Positions 1 through 7,905 of a stretch of 64,000 nucleotides of DNA are shown piece after piece. The translations under genes were made by a program, and so were the position numbers. The DNA comes from Clostridia bacterium (lineage in GTDB: Bacteria > Bacillota > Clostridia > Christensenellales > Borkfalkiaceae). Within the stretch, counting starts at the first letter, position 1. Every line of letters begins with the position of its first letter. The stretch is taken from NCBI GenBank assembly GCA_017415505.1, contig JAFQGG010000001.1, positions 21,193 to 85,192 of the forward strand, read 5' to 3'. The notes under the pieces are model-generated. The model was not told the origin of the DNA, searched no databases, and saw only the letters and a list, made by a program, of their open reading frames with translations.

Positions 1-2785
1 CTTGCCCTTCTCCGACGAAGTGCAATCTTTGAATAGGCACGCCGTAAAACGCATTCGATTCCACTTCTTCCACCGCGCCCGAAAGAGTGATTTCTTCCAA
101 CTTCGCCCCGTAAAAGGCTTCCGTTTTTACCTCTTTTACCGTTTCGGGTACGGTATACGCCGTTCCTTCTTTCTTTGCGGGATAGGCAATCAACTCGTAC
201 ATGCCCTCCTCAAAAGTACTTTTACGGAAAAGAACGCCGTCCCGCACGCAATAATACGCGTTTTCAATTACATACGCCTCGCAAGCCGTGAACATACTAT
301 TTATATTGAACGCGTTGGGCAAAACCACCGTTTTCAGATTCGCATCGGCAAACAAGCTTGAGTTCAAATTGATTTCGGATATATTCTCGTCGAAAGTGAC
401 TTCTTCAAGCATCGGCAAATGCACGTTTGAAGTATCCACGACGCTTTTCAGCCCACCCGTTTCCCCGAAATGCAATCTCCTCAAATTCGGCAACCCCAAA
501 AGTGCTTCTTCGCGGAACACCGTCAAGCCCTTCCCGATAACGAGTTCTTCGATATCACGCCCGTTGAACACGTTTTCCTCGATATCGGAAATCCCGTCGG
601 GTAAAACCACTTTTCCCGAAAGTGAGTAGGGCGCGTAAACGAGCGTAATTTCAGAAGATTTATCAAAAACGAATCCGTCTTTCACTTCGTAACGGGCGTT
701 TTCCTTATCAATAGTTACCGTTTCCAACGCCTTTTGGTTACTCAACAACCGACTGAACGAGAAAGTACCCACTTGGTCTTTTAAGTATTCCAAAGACAAA
801 ACCGAACCAAGTTGCAATGTTTTCAAGGAAACGCAGGCGTCGAGCGCGCCGTAATCCACCTTTTTCACCGCCGTTAAATCGAGCGTTTCAAAATGCTCGC
901 CCGCAAAGAACGCCGTGCCGTTGATTTCCTCGATACGGCTATGCAAGCGCACTTCCTTTTCTCCCTCGTCGGGGAAATAGTACCAAAGGCGAGAACCGTC
1001 CGCGCTACAAAGATATTTCGTACCAATCATAGCCAAATCGCCGTTACCCGATTCAATTTCCAATTTTCCGCCCGCGCGTATCCACGAAAGGAGCGCAAAC
1101 GCGGAAGTATCGTACATAAATTCCTGCACGACTCCTTGGGTGAAATAGTACGGTCTTATTTCCTTTTTTAACAAAATCTTCGAGGGTATTTCGTTATAGG
1201 GATTGTTAAACAAATCGTAAAAGAAATCTCTTCCCAAATACTCGTATTCCCCGTTCGCCCCTTGCACGGAAACGACGAGCTCGTCGTCCTTATTTCTAAA
1301 CGAATCAATCGTCGGCTTATTCCACGAAGTAAGCGCGCTCGTTTCCTTATATTTAATGCACGGCTCGATCACCGTATCTTGGGTGACGAGTATATCGTCG
1401 AGAGACTCTTTTTTCTCGCCGTTGACGAGCCAATATTTCACTTCCACGTCGCTATGCACGATATAATATTGACCGTCGTATTTCGGCTCGCTCCGCCGAA
1501 ATAAATTCCAATCGGACGAAGGAATTTCCAGCACCGCGTTCCCGTGCGTTTCGCGTTCGATAATTTTATATTCTCCTGCGTACAAAGGCAGTTTATACGA
1601 CACCGTATACCGCTTATTTTTATCCACGCTCGGCGTGGTAAGTGGCAGGCAGGTATTCGTCGAAGGCGTACCGTGCTCGACGAGTTCCACGTAACGGCGG
1701 GTGGCTTTCACCACGTCCGTATCGTAATACGCGTCCACTTTTACCTCGTTATTTTTCCAAATCCAATGGTCCTCCACGCGCACTTCCACGGGAAAGGTAT
1801 ACTGCGCGCGGTCGTATTCGTACTCGCCGTACGGATCAATTTCCCCGTCCGTGCGCACCGTCATCGCCACCTTATTATTTTGCGTAAAACCGTCCTTGGG
1901 AAGAAACCAAGTTTCCGCGCGAAGGTTCGTCCAAGCCCCGTCGAGGAAGAAATCTTCGATATCACTTTTCTCCCGCGAACGCACGATTGCCTCACCCGTC
2001 ATTTCACAGTTTTGTATCAAGCCGTAATTATATTTCGAAATCCCGTAAAAACTATCGAACCAGCCGTCCTTCTCCTCGCTTTCAAAATGGATTTTCAAGC
2101 CGTCGATAATCCCCTTGTTCGCGTAAAACACCGACGAACGGCGGTATTGATAGGACAACGAAGCGGGAATGGTAAGCGTATACCCGTAGGGATTGATTAT
2201 CACGCCCGTAAAGGTACGGTGGAACGCGGAAAAACCGTTTGCATCCAGCGTAATATCCTGCGTGAGGATATAGCTCTTGCGCTCGTTGAAAAAGCGGAAA
2301 TCGGTGGGCAACGGCTCGTAGTCGCCTTCCTCCGCCTCGTACACCGCAATCGTGTTTTTGAACACGTAAGTATCGGGACGGCGAATTTCCCCTATATTCG
2401 TTTGAATTAACGCGTATTCCAGCTTATACACGCCCGTTTTCACACCCGAAACGCAACCGTTTTCGTCCACGAAGACGTCGTGCGTTTCATTCGTCAAATC
2501 TTCCTCGCTATACATATCCAAGCCCGTGAGCGTATACCCCGATTGATAATGCAACTGCATATTTTTCAGTTTGCCTTTTTCCTTAAACTGCTTGAATTTT
2601 GGATTGATATCTTCCAAAGGGATTGACTCGCCCTTTTTGATTTGCACGATTTCTTTTTCGTCGTAAACGGACAATACCCCTTGAAAAGAATAAGTTTCCC
2701 CATACGCAACCACGATGGCAAAGCCAAAGAGAAACGCCACAATCAAAAGTATAAATAACGCCGTAAAAATTTTATTCTTCTTCAT
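1..2785 (-). CDS. BspA-type leucine-rich-repeat surface protein with N-terminal membrane anchor; C-terminus lies beyond the window start
   Basis: Absent from the ORF track because no stop lies inside the window. Manual minus-strand translation from ATG 2785 (GGAGG 9 nt upstream) stays open to position 1: MKKNKIFTALFILLIVAFLFGFAIVVAYG..., later ...VKEVKTEAFYGAKLEEITLSGAVEEVESNAFYGVPIQRLHF (BspA/LRR_5-like repeats). The + strand ORFs listed at 2..2410 are antisense shadows. Confidence 0.75.
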   Translation of the reverse strand, partial: MKKNKIFTALFILLIVAFLFGFAIVVAYGETYSFQGVLSVYDEKEIVQIKKGESIPLEDINPKFKQFKEKGKLKNMQLHYQSGYTLTGLDMYSEEDLTNETHDVFVDENGCVSGVKTGVYKLEYALIQTNIGEIRRPDTYVFKNTIAVYEAEEGDYEPLPTDFRFFNERKSYILTQDITLDANGFSAFHRTFTGVIINPYGYTLTIPASLSYQYRRSSVFYANKGIIDGLKIHFESEEKDGWFDSFYGISKYNYGLIQNCEMTGEAIVRSREKSDIEDFFLDGAWTNLRAETWFLPKDGFTQNNKVAMTVRTDGEIDPYGEYEYDRAQYTFPVEVRVEDHWIWKNNEVKVDAYYDTDVVKATRRYVELVEHGTPSTNTCLPLTTPSVDKNKRYTVSYKLPLYAGEYKIIERETHGNAVLEIPSSDWNLFRRSEPKYDGQYYIVHSDVEVKYWLVNGEKKESLDDILVTQDTVIEPCIKYKETSALTSWNKPTIDSFRNKDDELVVSVQGANGEYEYLGRDFFYDLFNNPYNEIPSKILLKKEIRPYYFTQGVVQEFMYDTSAFALLSWIRAGGKLEIESGNGDLAMIGTKYLCSADGSRLWYYFPDEGEKEVRLHSRIEEINGTAFFAGEHFETLDLTAVKKVDYGALDACVSLKTLQLGSVLSLEYLKDQVGTFSFSRLLSNQKALETVTIDKENARYEVKDGFVFDKSSEITLVYAPYSLSGKVVLPDGISDIEENVFNGRDIEELVIGKGLTVFREEALLGLPNLRRLHFGETGGLKSVVDTSNVHLPMLEEVTFDENISEINLNSSLFADANLKTVVLPNAFNINSMFTACEAYVIENAYYCVRDGVLFRKSTFEEGMYELIAYPAKKEGTAYTVPETVKEVKTEAFYGAKLEEITLSGAVEEVESNAFYGVPIQRLHFVGEGQ

Positions 2786-3704
2786 CCGTCTTTACCTCCC
2801 GTTTTTTTCCGTAAAAGTACCCTTCGTTTTGTTTGCGATTGAAAAACGCCGTCGAGAAAAACCCGAACGCAACCGTACACAAACCGATAATCAGCGAAAC
2901 GATATTCGATATATTCCAAGCCACTCCGCACCGAGCGAGCGCAAACGGCACGGTGTTTACTTGTTCGTCCAAACGGAACTCTACCCAAAACTGCATATAC
3001 GCCTTATAGGTAATCTCCCCGCAAGGCAACGGCACGGTAAAAAACTCTTTCCCCGCCACCGTGTACACGTCCAAGAAGAACGTAGGGACGTCGTGCATTA
3101 CGGAAAGCACGATACCGAGCATTACGAACGACAACGCTTTTACCACGATTCCGCGTTGCGAATATACGGTATTCGCGATAAATTCCGCCACGGAATAGGT
3201 CATTCCCGCACTCATAGCCACCGAGAAACAAAAGAGAAAATACCACGGCGTTTTCCCTTGAAACGCGAACAAGCAAGCGTTTTCGTACGGCAAAAATTGC
3301 GTTTCGTATATGAGCGGTTCGTGTATAGCCGTCTGCCGTTTGGCTATTGCGAACTGCGCCGTACCCATACCGAGTAGCACCGCCGTACAAACGGCGCAAG
3401 CAAGCGTTACGATAGCAAAACGAACCAAAAAGAGTTTTTCGGGATTTACGCGCATCTTTTGATAGAGTTTTCTATCCGCGAACACGCGATAACAGGCAAT
3501 AATCATCAATACGGCGTAAAACGCGTATAAAAATATCTCTTTCGCGCCGTCCCGCTTTTCTAAAAATTCCACCGTATTCCCGCGGGAAGTGGCACATACG
3601 ATTAAATCGATTCCCATGCGGATTACGTATACGCCGAGCATAAGCGCGGGAATAAGCAATATTTTTTTACACTCGTAGAAAAAGAGTTTTCGTTTATTTT
3701 TCAT
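2772..3704 (-). CDS. multi-pass membrane protein, putative permease partner of the adjacent ABC ATPase
   Basis: 310-aa ORF with several hydrophobic segments. Overlaps the ATPase gene by 11 nt and the LRR gene start by 14 nt, which suggests an operon. No diagnostic motif beyond topology. Confidence 0.6.
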   Translation of the reverse strand: MKNKRKLFFYECKKILLIPALMLGVYVIRMGIDLIVCATSRGNTVEFLEKRDGAKEIFLYAFYAVLMIIACYRVFADRKLYQKMRVNPEKLFLVRFAIVTLACAVCTAVLLGMGTAQFAIAKRQTAIHEPLIYETQFLPYENACLFAFQGKTPWYFLFCFSVAMSAGMTYSVAEFIANTVYSQRGIVVKALSFVMLGIVLSVMHDVPTFFLDVYTVAGKEFFTVPLPCGEITYKAYMQFWVEFRLDEQVNTVPFALARCGVAWNISNIVSLIIGLCTVAFGFFSTAFFNRKQNEGYFYGKKREVKTDEEE

Positions 3705-4377
3705 TGACTTTCTCCTTGTAGAACTCCACCACGCTCTTGCCCGTACTCTCTACGATTTCTTCGCAATCGTAATAGGGGGAAAGTTTCCCGTTCTTTAAGA
3801 TAAAGAACCCTTCGATAAGCCGTTCGATTTCCTTAATCTCGTGCGTGGTAATGATAAAAATACGATCCTCGTCCATTTCCCGAATGAGCGTTTGCGCAAT
3901 TTTCTCCCGCAAATTCACGTCGAGGTTGGAAGTGGGTTCGTCGAATAAACACACGCTCGCTCCGCTATGTACCGTAAGCAAAAATTTGAAATATTGTCGC
4001 ATACCCGAAGACAGGGCGCGCACGAAACTGCGCGTGGAAATATTCGCCTCCGCAAGCGCGCTAAAAATTTTGTCCGTATCCGCGTTTGGCATAAACCGCG
4101 CGTAAAAATTTATACAGTCTTTCACGCGCATCTCAATGGGAAATTCGTTTTCCACCGCCATATACGCCACGTCTTCGAAATCCGTTTTATACAGCCAACC
4201 TTGAAAATTGCCGTCCAAACCGCAAAGCAAACGCAAAAGAGTGGTTTTTCCCGAACCGTTCAAGCCGAAAATTCCTACGATTCCGCTCCTCTCCAACGAA
4301 AAACCCGCGCCGTCCAAAACGACTTTTCTTCCGTATTTTTTACAAATCGAATAACCGCCGAATTTATTTTTTTCCAT
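3694..4377 (-). CDS. ABC transporter ATP-binding protein
   Basis: Walker A GLNGSGKTTLL, signature LSSGMRQ, Walker B LFDEPTSNLD. Start set at MEKNKFGG (ATG 4377), preceded by GGAGG, rather than the upstream ORF-track start. Confidence 0.85.
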   Translation of the reverse strand: MEKNKFGGYSICKKYGRKVVLDGAGFSLERSGIVGIFGLNGSGKTTLLRLLCGLDGNFQGWLYKTDFEDVAYMAVENEFPIEMRVKDCINFYARFMPNADTDKIFSALAEANISTRSFVRALSSGMRQYFKFLLTVHSGASVCLFDEPTSNLDVNLREKIAQTLIREMDEDRIFIITTHEIKEIERLIEGFFILKNGKLSPYYDCEEIVESTGKSVVEFYKEKVNEK

Positions 4378-4735
4378 TCGAATCCTCCTTACTTTGCTTG
4401 GCAAGCAAAATAAACTCTTCCTCGTCTACACCGCATTTTTTGAGTTCCGCGCGAAACTCTTTCATTTGCGATTCGAGGAACACGCGCCTTTTCCGAGCGA
4501 TCACTTCGGGATTGGGATTAACGAATTTCCCCAGCGTGCTGTCCGTGTAAATAAGCCCCTCTTCTTCCAACTGCGCGTACACTTTTGCCACCGTGTTTGG
4601 ATTGACTCTGCAAAACGCCGCGAACTCGCGAATGGGCAAAATCTTTTGCCCGGGGGCGTATCTCCCGCCGAATATTTCCTTTTTTACGTAGGAAGTGATT
4701 TGAGAAGCAATCGTTTCGTTGCTCTTAAATTCCAT
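4364..4735 (-). CDS. GntR-family transcriptional regulator, short YtrA-like subtype
   Basis: Winged-HTH block ILPIREFAAFCRVNPNTVAKVYAQLEEEGLIYT, about 123 aa, first gene of a GntR-ABC-permease operon. Start set at MEFKSN (ATG 4735) with AGGAGG upstream. Confidence 0.8.
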   Translation of the reverse strand: MEFKSNETIASQITSYVKKEIFGGRYAPGQKILPIREFAAFCRVNPNTVAKVYAQLEEEGLIYTDSTLGKFVNPNPEVIARKRRVFLESQMKEFRAELKKCGVDEEEFILLAKQSKEDSNGKK

Positions 4736-4754
4736 ATCCGACGACCTCCTTTTT

Positions 4755-4780
4755 CCTTGTATCACTCAAATAATACAAGG
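4755..4780 (-). promoter_or_regulatory. palindromic operator candidate CCTTGTAT-N10-ATACAAGG just upstream of the GntR RBS
   Basis: Perfect 8-bp inverted arms read directly in the sequence, lying between the predicted promoter and the regulator start. YtrA-type regulators are typically autoregulatory. Confidence 0.45.
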
Positions 4781-4823
4781 AAACGATTTTTTTGAGGCGG
4801 TTTGCACGCCTCCCTTTAATGAT

Positions 4824-4852
4824 ATGATACCACACTAAATTATGTTTGTCAA
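4824..4852 (-). promoter_or_regulatory. sigma-A type promoter of the GntR/ABC/LRR operon
   Basis: Minus strand TTGACA (4852-4847), 17-nt spacer, TATCAT (4829-4824). Confidence 0.5.
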
Positions 4853-5081
4853 GGATTTTGAGGAAAATTTTTTCAAAAATTTTTTCTACTCCGACTTTGC
4901 CGAAATTTTATTATAAAATTTCGGCAAGTTTCTTACGCTCACTTTTTACGCTCTTTCTTTTGAGTTTCCCGCTTTTTATCTCGTTTTTTCGTTCCCTTCG
5001 CCCGTCGTTTCTTTTCGCTCGTCGTTTCCCCTCTTTTTTCGTCCCGTTTTCACTCAAAAACATATGAACATATATCAAGCA

Positions 5082-5115
5082 AGAAAAAACGCTTGCGTGT
5101 AAGAACACGCAAGCG
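5082..5115 (-). terminator. rho-independent terminator after gltS
   Basis: Arms CGCTTGCGTGT / ACACGCAAGCG with a 4-nt loop, followed on the minus strand by a T run. Confidence 0.7.
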
Positions 5116-5132
5116 AGGGGTTATCGAAGATT

Positions 5133-6530
5133 TTATTCTTCCGTTGTCGAAGGTTTTTTGCGTTTGAAAATTTTCGAACGGAACAAAATCAAATTCATTA
5201 CGACAAAGAACGCCACTAATATTCCGAACGTTAAAATCGGTTGCGTCGGTGCGAGCGTGGCAAGCAACATCATAGGGAAACCGAACACGATCGCGGGGAA
5301 ATTTTGATACACGAGGTTATCCGCCGCAGGCGTTTTGAAATCGCCGTCCAATTCGCGGAGCAAGATAATGCCCGTGCTCGCCGTACCCGTCAACATACCG
5401 TACATCATCAAAAACTGTTCGTCCTCGTAGTCCTTGAACAGCACCTTCGCCACGAACAAGTTATACGCGTACGTGATCACGAGTCCTACCACGCCGAGGA
5501 TCAAAAGGATTGCCCAATACTGTTTAATCAAATCTATTTGAATTGCGGCAATCCCCGCCACGACCATGATATCAAAACAGCAATTCCCCACGCGATCAAG
5601 TAAAAAGTTATTCGTGTACTGCTTTTTCACGACCGATTTTTTCTTTAAGAGATTCAACACCGTTTTCACGAGCGTAGCGATAAGCACGCCGAACAGGAAA
5701 TTGAACCCGAAAAGCACCGATTTAAGCCCCGGCAACAAAAGCCCCAAGCCGTACATAAGAAGATAAGTAAGGATATACGAAACGGCGATCAGCGCGATTT
5801 GCACGGTGAGCTTGTCCATGCTACCGTTCATGGGAATTTCCTCTTTGCCCTGCACCTGATCCAATTCGATATTTTCTTCCATGCCAAGCGACGGGGAAAG
5901 TTTGCGTTTTTTCTTAATAAGATTCAAATGAATAACGCCACCGATACTCGCGCTCAAAAAGCCGAGCGCCGCGACGGTCAAGCCGAAGCTTGCGCCACCG
6001 TCGAACCCGTGCTCCGTTTCGTAAATCGTACCGTAGTTGAGCGCTTGCCCCGTACCCTGTCCGTATCCAAACGGCAACAGCACGCCCGCCGCGGAGAAGA
6101 AATCGCTCACGATAAGCGACGCGATTAGCGTAATCCCCAAGCCGAAAATCGCTTGCAGTAAATAGGTGGAAACGGTGGTAACGCCCGTATTGAACACCTC
6201 TTTGCTTCTCTCTTTCGTAAACTTTTTATCCGAGGTTTTCAACGCAGTGGCGATAAAACCGAGCGCGAGCGCGTGATAAGTAATCTTTTCCAACATCCAC
6301 ACGCCGTCACCCCCGAAAAACGCGGTATTGAACAGCGTCACGCCCGTAATCCCTTTATACACGGAAGCAATCACGAGCAAAATGATACCGCCGAGCACGG
6401 ATGTGGGAATGAGCGAAGCACGCAAAAATCCCACCGTCTTTTTGAGTCCGTTCGCCACGAGTAAGCTCAACAGCAGTACGGCAATAAGACTGAAAGTCCC
6501 CCATACGTCAGATTCCCAAAAATTTCCCAT
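5133..6530 (-). CDS. gltS: sodium/glutamate symporter (GltS/ESS family)-like polytopic membrane transporter
   Basis: About 465-aa highly hydrophobic protein whose N-terminal pattern and size I recognise as GltS-like. Start set at MGNFWES (ATG 6530; an alternative ATG lies at 6536), preceded by AGGAG. The ORF-track start at 6632 is probably too far upstream. Confidence 0.6.
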   Translation of the reverse strand: MGNFWESDVWGTFSLIAVLLLSLLVANGLKKTVGFLRASLIPTSVLGGIILLVIASVYKGITGVTLFNTAFFGGDGVWMLEKITYHALALGFIATALKTSDKKFTKERSKEVFNTGVTTVSTYLLQAIFGLGITLIASLIVSDFFSAAGVLLPFGYGQGTGQALNYGTIYETEHGFDGGASFGLTVAALGFLSASIGGVIHLNLIKKKRKLSPSLGMEENIELDQVQGKEEIPMNGSMDKLTVQIALIAVSYILTYLLMYGLGLLLPGLKSVLFGFNFLFGVLIATLVKTVLNLLKKKSVVKKQYTNNFLLDRVGNCCFDIMVVAGIAAIQIDLIKQYWAILLILGVVGLVITYAYNLFVAKVLFKDYEDEQFLMMYGMLTGTASTGIILLRELDGDFKTPAADNLVYQNFPAIVFGFPMMLLATLAPTQPILTFGILVAFFVVMNLILFRSKIFKRKKPSTTEE

Positions 6531-7719
6531 TTTCATCTCCTTTTTCCACGTTTTTGTAGCGATAGCAAAAATGCACGTATTTAAGCGCGTTAAATCGCTT
6601 ACCGCCCTTGCATTGATACACTTTATCTTCAAAGTAAAGATTGAGTTTATTCCGACCCAAAACGGTGGCGACGGTTATCTTCGAAAACGGCATTTCCATT
6701 CGTTCGCCGTTTTTCGTCACCACGACTTTATCCCCGTATAGGCATATTTCCGCCTTTTTATCCAAGAGCTTTTTATTTTTATACAATACGACCTCGGAGA
6801 ACCTACAAGTTTCCGTATACACGGGCGTTTGCGTGAAATCCGCGGGGTTGAGCGCGTTGATAAAGTCGTTTTGATATTCGTACCAATCCTTGACGAATCG
6901 GAACGGGAACGGTTCGTTTACGCCGACGAGTTCTTTTTTGTCCGTGTACTCCACTTCCCAACCGCATTTCTTGCAGGAAAAGCGGTTTTTACGGCTTTCG
7001 AAGGTAGACAGCCCGCACTTGGGACAAACGTACATCGCCCGCTCGATATATTCCGCCTTTCTTTTGCCCGTAAAGGAAGCGTCCGCATAGCCCTCGTCCA
7101 CGGCAAGCTCTTTTTGAATCAACTCGAAGAACGCCTCGTCGGACATGGCGAGATATTCCTCGGGTTCTACGACCTTGGAAACGAAGCACCGCATTTTTCC
7201 CTTACGCGTGGTGTCGCTCCAACGGGGCTGTACGCCGTAACCGCCCTCGATTCTAAAAAACGCCACGGGCATTTTCAACGCTTTGACGAGCCCCGCGATC
7301 GCGGGCTTCATATACTCCGTTTTTCCGCTATACGTTCTATTGCCCTCGGGCGCGATCGCGATCGTACCGCCCTCCCGTTTTACGCGTAGACAGTTCATTA
7401 CCGCCCGCGCGTCCGTGGACTGCTTTTTAATGGGTATGGGCGCGACCGCCCATTGTAAAAGCCTCGATATCCAACCGTTGGAAAACAAATCCTCGCTCGC
7501 CACGTAATACACCGGACCTTTGAACGCCGAACCGATAAAAAATTGGTCGAACGCCGTTTGGTGGTTCATGAGAATTAAATACTGCCTGTCCCCCTGTTCT
7601 TTGAACCGCGTGATTTTCGCGTGGTATTTGAAATAGATATAAGGATTTAATATCAAATAAGCGAGATTCCGTATAATGCGGTGACGGGCGCTCACCCATT
7701 TTTTCTGTTTTTTCTTCAT
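6508..7719 (-). CDS. lysophospholipid (1-acyl-glycerol-3-phosphate type) acyltransferase with an internal zinc-ribbon-like CxxC...CxxC segment
   Basis: HX4D motif NHQTAFD and APEGNRT block. CPKCG...CKKCG pair in the C-terminal half. First ATG is at 7719 (the ORF-track start at 7740 is TTG). Confidence 0.7.
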   Translation of the reverse strand: MKKKQKKWVSARHRIIRNLAYLILNPYIYFKYHAKITRFKEQGDRQYLILMNHQTAFDQFFIGSAFKGPVYYVASEDLFSNGWISRLLQWAVAPIPIKKQSTDARAVMNCLRVKREGGTIAIAPEGNRTYSGKTEYMKPAIAGLVKALKMPVAFFRIEGGYGVQPRWSDTTRKGKMRCFVSKVVEPEEYLAMSDEAFFELIQKELAVDEGYADASFTGKRKAEYIERAMYVCPKCGLSTFESRKNRFSCKKCGWEVEYTDKKELVGVNEPFPFRFVKDWYEYQNDFINALNPADFTQTPVYTETCRFSEVVLYKNKKLLDKKAEICLYGDKVVVTKNGERMEMPFSKITVATVLGRNKLNLYFEDKVYQCKGGKRFNALKYVHFCYRYKNVEKGDENGKFLGI

Positions 7720-7789
7720 ATTTCTTATCTTTTCCCGCAAGGTTTTATACTATATAGTATAACATTTTTTAACGGATAAGTAAAGCCCA

Positions 7790-7801
7790 CCCCCCCCCCC
7801 C
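7790..7801. repeat. 12-nt poly-C (poly-G on the minus strand) homopolymer in the divergent plsC-like/nifJ intergenic region
   Basis: Counted directly: c at 7790 through c at 7801. Confidence 0.9.
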
Positions 7802-7905
7802 TTAAAAATATTTTTAACAAAATTTCACAAATTTTTTTTCGTGAATTGCGATATTCTTTGGTAAAAACGGGAATATTGTATACTATATTTTCCCGGAGGT
7901 TTTCT

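Noticed and set aside
2-2410. Several + strand ORFs (119, 113, 92, 80, 288, 81 aa) listed in the ORF track
   Set aside because: They are antisense to a continuous minus-strand reading frame (the LRR protein) that the track misses because its stop lies outside the window. Their translations are R/F/H-rich and low-complexity, and they have no RBS.
4911-5108. 65-aa K/R/E-rich minus-strand ORF
   Set aside because: It is a by-product of the purine-rich strand of the asymmetric tract. It overlaps the gltS terminator and has no RBS.
7820-7850. TTCACAA-N11-GTGAA upstream of nifJ as a Rex (redox repressor) box
   Set aside because: The Rex consensus is TTGTGAA-N4-TTCACAA. Here the half-sites are everted and the spacing is wrong.
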